A stretch of DNA of 64,000 nucleotides. Source: an uncultured Planctomycetota bacterium. GTDB taxonomy: Bacteria > Planctomycetota > Planctomycetia > Isosphaerales > Isosphaeraceae. Below, one piece after another: positions 25,496 to 34,330 of this stretch. The number at the start of each line of letters is the position of its first letter. Position 1 is the stretch's first letter. The position numbers and the translations under genes were made by a program. Location: the NCBI GenBank assembly GCA_963737655.1, contig CAVTTN010000002.1:832001-896000 (forward strand), written 5' to 3'. A model generated the notes under the pieces. That model made no database searches and was not told where the DNA came from. It saw only the letters and a list, made by a program, of their open reading frames with translations.

Positions 25496-27864
25496 ATGAA
25501 CTCGCTTCTCAAGCTGGCCCTGGGCGCCGTGGTCTGCGTGGTGATCGCCGGGGGCGTGGTGGTCGGGCTCATGTACTCCCTCGACGAGGTCGGCCCGAGG
25601 AGGCCGGTCGTCCCTGCTCCGACCGTCGCCCCGCCTCCGGATGCGACGGCCGAGGCGGCCGAACCGAAACGGGGCGACTCGCCGTTCATCGACCCCTCCC
25701 TGTTCGAGGACGGCGGCCTCGGCGTCGCCGCGACGTTCAGCGGCGCGATCCACGACCCTCGCTCGCTGGACGACCTCCGCAAGGCCATCGAGGCGCGAGG
25801 CACCGTCTCGGTCTCGACGGTCCAGGCCGAGCTCGCCGGGGCCGAGTCCGCTCCCGGCGACCGGAAGACGAGGGCGGCCTATCTCGCGAAGCTCCACCGG
25901 ACGCTCGGTCAGCTTCACATGTACAATGGAAAGTTTGAACTCGCGACGAAGGACATGGAGGCGGCCCGGACGCTCGGGGCCGAGGGCGGCATGCCCGACC
26001 GGCTCCGGGACGACCTCACGGCCGTCCTGGGCATCCTCGCCCTGCGCCGCGGGGAGGTGGCCAACTGCATCGAGTGCGTCGGGCCGTCCTCGTGCATCTT
26101 CCCGATCGCCAGGGAGGCCATGCACACCGTCCCGGCCGGCTCTCGCGAGGCGGTCGCCCGGTTCACGGAGTATCTCGATCGCGCCCCGGGCGACCTCCGC
26201 GTTCGATGGCTCCTGAACCTCGCCAACATGACTTTGGGCGAGTATCCGCAGGGCGTCCCGAAACGCTATCTGATCCCGCTCGATCGGTTCGCGTCGAGCG
26301 GCGACATCGGCCGGTTCGAGAACGTGGCGACGGTCGCCGGGCTCACCGCGAGGGGGCCGAACCAGGCCGGCGGGAGCGTGTTCGACGACCTGAACGGCGA
26401 CGGCTGGCCCGACCTCTTCCTCACGTCGCTCGACGCCGACCGCGGCCCGTCGGTCCTGATCAACCGGGGCGACGGCACGTTCGAGGACCGCTCGTCCGCC
26501 TCGGGCACCGGCGACCAGATCTACGCCCTGAACGTGACGAGGGCCGACATCGACAACGACGGCGACCTCGATTTGCTCCTGCTCCGGGGCGCCTGGGAAA
26601 AGCCCATGAGGATGTCCCTGCTGAGGAACAAGGGAGACGCCACGTTCGAAGATATCACGATCGCCGCCGGCCTCGCCGAGCCGATCGCCAGCGAGTCGGC
26701 CGCGTGGGGAGATTTCGATAACGATGGATTCCTCGACGTGTTCGTGAGCGGCGAGTCCCTCCCGCCCCTGGGCGACCTGAACGGCCGGCCGCCCGACCCG
26801 AGGAACCGCTGCCGGCTCTATCGCAACCGGGGAAATGGCACGTTCGAGGACGTGGCGGCCTCCGCCGGGGTGGCCGACGAGCTCTGCTCCAAGGGCTCCG
26901 CCTGGGGCGATTACGACGGCGACGGCAAGCTGGACCTCTACGTCTCGAACATGGTCGGCGCGTGCCGTTTGTATCACAACGAAGGCTCGGGCAAGTTCGT
27001 CGACGTGGCGCCCAAACTCGGAGTGACCGGGGCCGATCGCAGCTTCGCCGTCTGGTTCTGGGATTATGATAATGACGGCAAGCTCGACATTTTCGTGAAC
27101 GACTACGCCATCAGCCTGGCCGAAACCGCCGCCCTGGCGATGGGCCGGCCGCTCGACCGCGAGAGCCGCCCCCGCCTCTATCGCAACCTCGGCCCGAGGG
27201 GTTCCGCGACGTCACCATCGACGTGAAGCTCGATCGCCCGATGGCGCCGATGGGGTGCAACTTCGGCGACGTGGACAATGACGGCTATCTCGACCTCTAT
27301 TTCGGGACAGGCGGGATGTCGTATGAATATCTCGTTCCCAACCTCATGTTCAGGAACGCGGAAGGCAAGACCTTCCAGGACGTGACGACCTCGGGAGGCA
27401 CCGGACACCTCCAGAAAGGCCACGGCGTCTCGTTCGCCGACTTCGACGGCGACGGCGATCTCGACGTGTTCTGCGAGGCCGGAGGCGCCGTACCCGGGGA
27501 TCGCTCCTACAATTTGCTGTTCAGGAACCCGGGACACAAGCGGCACTGGCTCCAGGTCAAGCTCGTCGGGACGAAGACCAACCGGGCGGCCCTCGGCGCC
27601 ACGATTCGGGCCGTGATGAAGGGGAGAAACGGGGCGTCGCGGTCGATCTATCGGACGATCGGCAACAATTCCAGCTTCGGCGGCAATCCCCTGGTCGAAA
27701 CGCTCGGCCTGGGGGACGCGGATCGGGTCGAGGAGCTGGAAATCACCTGGCCGGCGGGATCGAAGCAGACGTTCCGAGACGTGGCGAGCGATCGGCTCGT
27801 GAGGATCACCGAGGGGACGGACCAGGTCGAGTCGGTCGAGAGGACCAGGGGGGCGACTCGGTGA
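25496..27864 (+). CDS. CRTAC1-family protein copy 1 (TPR-like region, FG-GAP/VCBS repeats, C-terminal ASPIC/UnbV); frameshift at 27193-27195
   Basis: Repeated DxDNDGxLD motifs, NRAALGA, GGNPLVETLGLG and EITWP. The paralog has GGCCCCGAG where this copy has GGCCCGAG. Confidence 0.88.
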
Positions 27865-29513
27865 CGGGCCCGGCGATCGAGACCAAATCAAGGCGGACGA
27901 GGCGATGGGCGGCCCTCGTCGTGGCGGCGGCGGGGCTGGCGGCGATCGTGCCGGTCTTCCTGGCGATGAGGAAGCCCTCGAAGCCCGAGCCGTCGCTGCT
28001 GGGGACCGAGAGCGTGGAGGTCGTCCCGGGGGTGTATTACATCGCCGGGCTCGGCCCGTCGGCCGCTTATGAGGTCGAGACGAGTGAGGGCCTCGTACTG
28101 ATCGACTCGGGCCTGGACCCGGCCGGGGCGGTCCTGAACGCCGAGACGGCCCGGCTCGGACTCGACCTGAAACGGGTCAAGGCGGTCCTCCTGACCCACG
28201 CCCACGGCGACCACACCGGAGGCGCCGCGGCCGTCCGCTCGGCGACCGGGGCGAAGGTCTATGCGGGGAAGGAGGACGCCGCGATCATCCGCGACGCCGC
28301 CCCTCGCGAGGCGATCTTCAGCACGTTCCCGATGACCGGGCACGTCCCCAGGAAGACCCCGGTGGACGTCGAGCTGACCGGCGGCGAGACCCTCCGCGTC
28401 GGCGACACCACGTTCCAGGTCCTGGCGATGCCCGGCCACTCTCCCGGGAGCATCGGCTACCTGATGGAGCGCGACGGCACCCGCATCCTGTTCGCCGGAG
28501 ACGTGGTGACGATGCTCCTGGGGGACGGCAACCCCCATCCGATGGGCCTCCGGCCCCTGGGGACCTACTCCGCGTTCCTGGCGCCTCGCTATCGAGGGGA
28601 CCTGGAGGCGTATCTCGCGACCCTGAGGATGCTTCGGAGTCTACCGCCGCCGGACCTGGTCTTGCCGGGCCATCCGGGTTCCGACCCGTTCCCTCAGAAC
28701 CCGCACCTCGGCCTGGATCGGTGGCGGCAGCTCCTCGACGAGGGCATCCACGACCTGGAATTGCTCCGGGACCGCTACCAGGCCGACGGCCGCGACTTCC
28801 TCGACGGCCAGCCCAAGACGCTGCTCGACGGCCTGGCCTATCTCGGAGACTTCGGCGGGGGGGCGGTGTACGCCCTGAAAACGCCTCGGGGAACGGTCCT
28901 CGTGAACGCGCCCGGAGGCCCGGGGCTGGCGGATTTCGTCGCGGAACGGCTGGCCCGAGAGGCAATGGGGAAAGCCGGACCGGCGTTCGTCCTGCTGACC
29001 TCGGCCGACCCGGCGGCGGTGGCGGGCCTGAAGGACGTGGTCGATCGCTGGAAGCCCACGGTCCTGGCCCCCCCGGGTGGCGAGGCGGCCGTTCGCGCGG
29101 CCTGTCCGCCGTCGGCCGAGGTCCGCGGCGTGAACGCGACCGAGGACTTCGGGGCCGAGGGAAAAGGCCCGGCCCTCTCGCTCCGAACGATCCCCCTGAA
29201 GGGCCGGGACCTGGCGCCGGCGGCCTATGTGTTCACGAGGGACGGCAAGATCGTGCTGATCACCGGGCGAATCCCCTCGGGGATCGACCCGGAGTCGGCC
29301 GAGGCGCTCAAGGCCGAGTTCGCCGGCGCCCGCGATCCGGCCATCGAGTTCCTCCTGTCGATCCAGAAACTCGCGAAGATCGAGCCCGACGTGTGGCTCC
29401 CGAGCATCCCCCACAACGGCCAGAACGCCAACGTCTACGACACCGATTGGACCTATGTGATCGAGAACAATTATCGGCTCGGGAGGTCGTTGCTGGGCCC
29501 GTATGGGCGATGA
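27861..29513 (+). CDS. Membrane-anchored MBL-fold metallo-hydrolase, copy 2
   Basis: N-terminal TM; LIDSG, THAHGDHTGG, GHSPGS, FAGDV and LPGH; GTGA overlap with CRTAC1 copy 1. Confidence 0.92.
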   Translation: MTGPAIETKSRRTRRWAALVVAAAGLAAIVPVFLAMRKPSKPEPSLLGTESVEVVPGVYYIAGLGPSAAYEVETSEGLVLIDSGLDPAGAVLNAETARLGLDLKRVKAVLLTHAHGDHTGGAAAVRSATGAKVYAGKEDAAIIRDAAPREAIFSTFPMTGHVPRKTPVDVELTGGETLRVGDTTFQVLAMPGHSPGSIGYLMERDGTRILFAGDVVTMLLGDGNPHPMGLRPLGTYSAFLAPRYRGDLEAYLATLRMLRSLPPPDLVLPGHPGSDPFPQNPHLGLDRWRQLLDEGIHDLELLRDRYQADGRDFLDGQPKTLLDGLAYLGDFGGGAVYALKTPRGTVLVNAPGGPGLADFVAERLAREAMGKAGPAFVLLTSADPAAVAGLKDVVDRWKPTVLAPPGGEAAVRAACPPSAEVRGVNATEDFGAEGKGPALSLRTIPLKGRDLAPAAYVFTRDGKIVLITGRIPSGIDPESAEALKAEFAGARDPAIEFLLSIQKLAKIEPDVWLPSIPHNGQNANVYDTDWTYVIENNYRLGRSLLGPYGR

Positions 29514-29597
29514 TCGCCCGGCTGTGCTCCAGGGCAAGTCGCGGCCTTTCCTCCCCCCGTCAGGGTCGTTCGGTTCTTCATTCTGGGGCGGAGCTTA

Positions 29598-29624
29598 CCC
29601 TCTGCCCCGAGGCGGGGCAGGGGG
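29598..29624. repeat. GC-rich hairpin CCCTCTGCCCCG-agg-CGGGGCAGGGGG
   Basis: 12-bp stem (one G-T pair) between MBL copy 2 and CRTAC1 copy 2. Confidence 0.5.
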
Positions 29625-29771
29625 CGTCAGAGGCTCCCGCTTGAACAACCGATCGGCCCCGCTTCCCCCCGACGGGACGGTTGCCGCGACCGTCCCCGGT
29701 GCCTTATGATCGGGGAGCGGGGTCGTCCGCCCTACATTCCGACAAATCGAGATGCTTAAATGCGAACACCG

Positions 29772-32129
29772 ATGAAGTTCGCCCTGGCGGGCGTCCTGTG
29801 CGTCGCCGGAGCGGGCGGCGTGGTCGCGGCGATCTGGATCGCGTCGGGCGAGTCCCCCTATGGCTCGTCGGCGAGGAAGGCCCGGCCTCCTGCGTCCGCC
29901 CCGCTCGCGACGAAGGCAGCCGTCCCCGAAAAGCCGCCGGAGCCCCCGAGGCCGATCGGCACGTTCATCGACGTCAACCCGCTGGACGATGGCGGGATCG
30001 GCTTCGCCCAGCAATTCACCGGCTCGATCCGCGACCCGAAGTCGCTGGCGCAGCTTCGCGAGGCGGTAGACGTCCGCGGCCGGCTCGCCCTGAACGTCCT
30101 GGAGTCCGAGCTCGACCAGCTCCACCTCGGCACCCAGACCCCTCGCGACGGCGTGGCCTACGGCGTGAAGCTCACCCGGAGCATCGGCCTCCTCTATATG
30201 TACGAGGGGAAGTTCGATCTCGCCGCCGTCTCGTTCGAGAGGGCCGAGGCGCTCGCCCGATCGGCCGGGATGTCGTGGAAGGACCGGACCGACCTGATCG
30301 CCCTCCGGGGGATCGTCTCGTTGAGGCGGGGCGAGGTGGCCAACTGCATCGAGTGCGTCGGGCCGTCCTCGTGTATCTTCCCGATCGTCAAGGAGGGCGC
30401 TCACACCGTCCCCGAAGGATCGCGGAAGGCCATCGCCTTCTTCTCGCGATACCTGGAGGAAGTGCCGGGCGACCTCCGCGTTCGGTGGCTCCTGAACCTC
30501 GCCTACATGACCCTGGGCGAGTATCCCGAGAAGGTCCCCCCGGAATTCCTGATCCCCCTGGACCGCTTCCAGTCGAACCGGGACCTGGGCCGGTTCGAGA
30601 ACGTGGCGAGCCCGGCCGGTCTGACCCTCCGGGGGCCGAACATGGCCGGCGGCAGCATTTTCGACGACTTCAACGGCGACGGCTTGCCCGACCTGTTCAC
30701 GACCTCGCTCGACGCCACGAGAGGCCCCTCCGTGTTCCTCAACAAGGGCGACGGCACGTTCGAGGACCACTCCTCGGCCGCCGGGGTGGCCGATCAGGTG
30801 TTCGTCCTGAACCTCACCCGGACCGACTTCGACAACGACGGCGACCTCGATTTGCTCCTGCTCCGGGGCGCCTGGGACATCCCGATGCGGCTGTCCCTCC
30901 TGAGGAACAAGGGAGACGCCACGTTTGAAGACGTGACGATTTCCGCCGGGCTCGCCGACCCGATCTCCACGGAGTCGGCCGCGTGGGGCGATTATGACAA
31001 CGACGGCTTCCTCGACCTGTTCGTCTGCGGAGAATTCGTCCCGCCCACCGGCCCCGGCCCCGGGTTCGTCCCCAAGCCCGCCAACCGCTGCCGGCTCTAT
31101 CACAACAACGGCGACGGCACGTTCAAGGACGTCGCCGCCGAGGCGGGCGTCCTGAACGAGCACTGCGCCAAGGGATCCGCCTGGGGCGATTACGACGGCG
31201 ACGGCAAGCTGGACCTCTTCGTCTCGAACATGGACGGACCCAGCCGGCTCTATCACAACGAGGGCTCGGGCAAGTTCGTCGATCGGGCCGCCGAGCTCCA
31301 CGCCACGGCCGATCGCGGCTTCGCCTGCTGGTTCTGGGACTATGACAACGACGGCAAGCTCGACCTGTTCGTCAACTTCAAGGGGATCTCGCTGGCCGAG
31401 GAAGTGGCCATCGCCACCGGGGCCGAGTCGGAGAAGCCCGTGCATCCGAGGCTCTATCGCAACCTCGGCCCCGAGGGGTTCCGCGAGGTGGCGAAGGAGG
31501 TCGGCCTCGATCGCGGGTTGACCCCGATGGGGTGCAACTTCGGGGACATCGACAATGACGGCTATCTCGACATCTACGAGGGCACCGGCGAGATGTCCTT
31601 CTCCGGCCTGGTGCCGAACCGGATGTTCGCGAACGTCGGCGGGACGAAATTCGAAGACGTGACCATGTCCACCGGGACGGGGCATCTGCAAAAAGGACAC
31701 GGGGTCTCGTTCGCCGACTTCAATGCCGACGGCCAGCTCGACCTCTTCGTCGAGGCCGGAGGGGCGGTGCCGGGGGACAACGCCTACAACGTCCTGTTCA
31801 AGAACCCGGGGCACAAGGCCCACTGGCTCCAGGTCAAGCTCGTGGGGACGAAGACCAACCGGGCGGCGATCGGGACGAAAATCCGCGCCGCGGTGAAGGG
31901 GAAGGACGGCCTGCGGTCGATCTATCGGACGATCGGCAACAATTCCAGCTTCGGCGGCAACACGCTGGTCGAGTCGATCGGGCTTGGGGACGCCGACCGG
32001 ATCGAGGAACTCGAAATCACGTGGCCGGCGGGGTCGAAGCAGACGTTTCGCGAGGTGGCGGCCGATCGATTCGTGAAGATCACCGAGGGATCGGACACGA
32101 TCGAAGCCGGGGCCGCCCCGGGTCGGTAA
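29772..32129 (+). CDS. CRTAC1-family protein copy 2 (FG-GAP repeats + ASPIC/UnbV)
   Basis: Same architecture as copy 1, uninterrupted; N-terminal TM. Confidence 0.92.
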   Translation: MKFALAGVLCVAGAGGVVAAIWIASGESPYGSSARKARPPASAPLATKAAVPEKPPEPPRPIGTFIDVNPLDDGGIGFAQQFTGSIRDPKSLAQLREAVDVRGRLALNVLESELDQLHLGTQTPRDGVAYGVKLTRSIGLLYMYEGKFDLAAVSFERAEALARSAGMSWKDRTDLIALRGIVSLRRGEVANCIECVGPSSCIFPIVKEGAHTVPEGSRKAIAFFSRYLEEVPGDLRVRWLLNLAYMTLGEYPEKVPPEFLIPLDRFQSNRDLGRFENVASPAGLTLRGPNMAGGSIFDDFNGDGLPDLFTTSLDATRGPSVFLNKGDGTFEDHSSAAGVADQVFVLNLTRTDFDNDGDLDLLLLRGAWDIPMRLSLLRNKGDATFEDVTISAGLADPISTESAAWGDYDNDGFLDLFVCGEFVPPTGPGPGFVPKPANRCRLYHNNGDGTFKDVAAEAGVLNEHCAKGSAWGDYDGDGKLDLFVSNMDGPSRLYHNEGSGKFVDRAAELHATADRGFACWFWDYDNDGKLDLFVNFKGISLAEEVAIATGAESEKPVHPRLYRNLGPEGFREVAKEVGLDRGLTPMGCNFGDIDNDGYLDIYEGTGEMSFSGLVPNRMFANVGGTKFEDVTMSTGTGHLQKGHGVSFADFNADGQLDLFVEAGGAVPGDNAYNVLFKNPGHKAHWLQVKLVGTKTNRAAIGTKIRAAVKGKDGLRSIYRTIGNNSSFGGNTLVESIGLGDADRIEELEITWPAGSKQTFREVAADRFVKITEGSDTIEAGAAPGR

Positions 32130-32142
32130 GTCCTTCGGGGTG

Positions 32143-32252
32143 AGATTCACCACCAAGCCACGGAGGGCACGGAGGAAGACACAAAGAGGACCGGAATCCC
32201 GCGTATGTCTTTGTGTCTTCCTCCGTGCCCTCCGTGGCTTGGTGGTGAATCT
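32143..32252. repeat. Long palindromic element, family A copy 1 (perfect 45-bp inverted repeat, 20-nt loop)
   Basis: AGATTCACCACCAAGCCACGGAGGGCACGGAGGAAGACACAAAGA (32143-32187) and its exact reverse complement (32208-32252). Confidence 0.9.
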
Positions 32253-32281
32253 GGGTCGGTGCGCAAGGCACGCCGCGATCG

Positions 32282-32328
32282 AAAAAAAACGCCCGGAGAG
32301 GCCGGCTTTCGCCGAACCTCGCCGGGCG
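32282..32328 (-). terminator. Rho-independent terminator
   Basis: CGCCCGG...CCGGGCG stem followed by T8 on the minus strand, 30 nt past the stop at 32358. Confidence 0.75.
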
Positions 32329-32357
32329 CGGGATGGGTGACGGCCGGGCCAGGCCGA

Positions 32358-34070
32358 TCAGCCCTTCCGGTGACGGGCAAGCTTCAAGAGGTGGTGGGCC
32401 TTCGGATGAATCTTGCCGTGGGTCGTGGCGGTGGTGGTCGTCGTCGCGGTCGCCGGGGTCGCGGTGCTGGTCGAGCCGGTCGTGCTCGTCGTCCCCGAGG
32501 TCGAAGTCGTCGAGGTCGTCGAGGACGAGAGGTTCTGCGAGGCTGGGGTTCCGGTCGTGGTCGTGGTCGTGGGCGTGGTCGTGGTGATCACGTCCGATCC
32601 GCTGGTCCCGCCGCTGCCGTTGCTGGCGGTCGTGGTGCTGCCGCCGTCGGAGGTGGTGGTCGTGGTCGTGGAGCCTCCGCTCGTCGCCGACGAGGTGCCG
32701 GTGGTCCCCGAGGTGGTCGTCCCGGAGGTGCCCGAGGTCCCGGTGGTCCCTCCGCACGCTCCGGGCCCGCCGGCCATCCCCCCGGAGCCGCCGGCCATCC
32801 CTCCCGGCCCGTGATCTCCTCCGAACCCGAAGCCGCCGGTGGGCCTGGAGGACAGATCGGTCTGGATGGCTTCCTGGTCGGCCTTGATCGTGGAGAGGTC
32901 CGTCGGGGCCTCTCGGGAGTCGGTGATCGCCGTGGTCAGGTCGGTGAACGCCTGGTCGATGGCGGTCTGCAAGACGGTCGAGCCGGCGAACAGGGCGTCG
33001 AAATCGGTCTTGGCCTGGGTGGTGTCGGCTTCGGAGGTCACGGCGGTGGCCAGCTCGGTCACGGCGGTGTTCAGGGCGGCCGGGCTGATGCGGAATCCGG
33101 CGGGCTCGATCGCCTTGGAGTCGGCGGCCAGGGCGGTCAGGTCGCCGACGGTCAGGCCGGATTTGGCGGCGATCGTCAGGGTGTCGGTCTGGAGCTTCTC
33201 CTGGTCGCTCTGGAGCTGGCTGCTGCCGCCGGGCCCGTAGCCGTAACCGTTGCCGCCGAGGACGGGCCCGCCCTGGCTCGTGACGACCCCCGCGTTGGCC
33301 AGCGAGTTGGTCAGGTCGTTGGGCGAGATCACGCCGGAGCCACCCAGGCCGAGCCCTCCTCCGAAGTGATCGGGCGCCGAGGCGCCGAAGAGGCTCGTCA
33401 GGTCGTTCTGAATCGCCGTCTGGTCGGCGGCGATCAGGACGAGGTCGGCCGACGTGATCTTGGAGTCGGTGATCGTCGTGGAGAGGTCGGTGAACGCCTG
33501 GTCGATGGTGGCCTGGGTCACCGAGGTGCCGGTGAACAGGGCGTTGAAGTCGGTCTTGGCCTGGGTGGTGTCGCCTCCCGAGGTGGTCAGCGCCGTGGCC
33601 AGCTCGGAGACGGCCTTCTGGAGCGCGGTCGGATCGACGCTCGCCCCGGCCGTCCGGATCGCCTGGGAGTCGGTGCCCAGGGCGGTCAGGTCGGCGATCG
33701 TCACGCCGGATTTGGCGGCGAGGGCCTGATAGTCGGTCTGGAGCTTCGTCAGGTCGGTTTGAAGCTGGGTGGCGGCCGTCGAGGACGAGGCCGAGCCGTG
33801 ATCGCCCCAGAAGCCGAACCCGCCCCGACCGCCGAATCCGCCGAAGTCGGGCTCCGCGTCGCCGCCGACGACCACGCCCACGCTGGAGAGCGAGCCGACG
33901 AGGTCGGCCCCGGCGAAGCCCGACAGCACGACCCGCCCTTCCAGAGTCTCGCATCCCAGGACATCGCCCGGGTCGATCCGGCGAGACCTCGGGCGGTCCC
34001 GCAATCCCTCGTCCCCGCCGAACATCCGGCGAAGGTCGCGGATCAGCGCGGCTTTCCTGGTGACGGCCAT
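32358..34070 (-). CDS. Planctomycete extracellular protein (ETLEGRVVLS leader motif) with two ~123-aa internal repeats and a Thr/Ser/Gly-rich tail
   Basis: Basic N-terminus followed by CETLEGRVVLS; duplicated QLQxD..KLQTD..AAKSG..TTQAKTDF..IDQAFTDL units; His/Lys-rich end. Confidence 0.8.
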   Translation of the reverse strand: MAVTRKAALIRDLRRMFGGDEGLRDRPRSRRIDPGDVLGCETLEGRVVLSGFAGADLVGSLSSVGVVVGGDAEPDFGGFGGRGGFGFWGDHGSASSSTAATQLQTDLTKLQTDYQALAAKSGVTIADLTALGTDSQAIRTAGASVDPTALQKAVSELATALTTSGGDTTQAKTDFNALFTGTSVTQATIDQAFTDLSTTITDSKITSADLVLIAADQTAIQNDLTSLFGASAPDHFGGGLGLGGSGVISPNDLTNSLANAGVVTSQGGPVLGGNGYGYGPGGSSQLQSDQEKLQTDTLTIAAKSGLTVGDLTALAADSKAIEPAGFRISPAALNTAVTELATAVTSEADTTQAKTDFDALFAGSTVLQTAIDQAFTDLTTAITDSREAPTDLSTIKADQEAIQTDLSSRPTGGFGFGGDHGPGGMAGGSGGMAGGPGACGGTTGTSGTSGTTTSGTTGTSSATSGGSTTTTTTSDGGSTTTASNGSGGTSGSDVITTTTPTTTTTTGTPASQNLSSSTTSTTSTSGTTSTTGSTSTATPATATTTTTATTHGKIHPKAHHLLKLARHRKG

Positions 34071-34330
34071 GTTCGGTCCTCCGATCGAGATCGGTTTGAT
34101 TCCGAGAGTCCTCGGCGACGCCCGGCCGGGCGTGCCGTCCACGCATGATGCGACGCGGTTACCAGGGAAAGCGTCGAATCGCCGCCCGACCGCGCGCCCC
34201 GTTGCGAAAATTCGGCTTGACGCACCACCGCGACTGGGCGACGTGAGCCCCCCTTGATCCGGGACGTCGATCCGGGTCATCCTGGGATTCCGCCCAGACG
34301 ATTCGAGCCTCACTCGACGAGCCTTCCGCC

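Noticed and set aside
23870..29513. Calling the MBL proteins beta-lactamases
   Set aside because: HxHxDH is shared across the whole superfamily; the anchor and extra domain give no support for antibiotic specificity.
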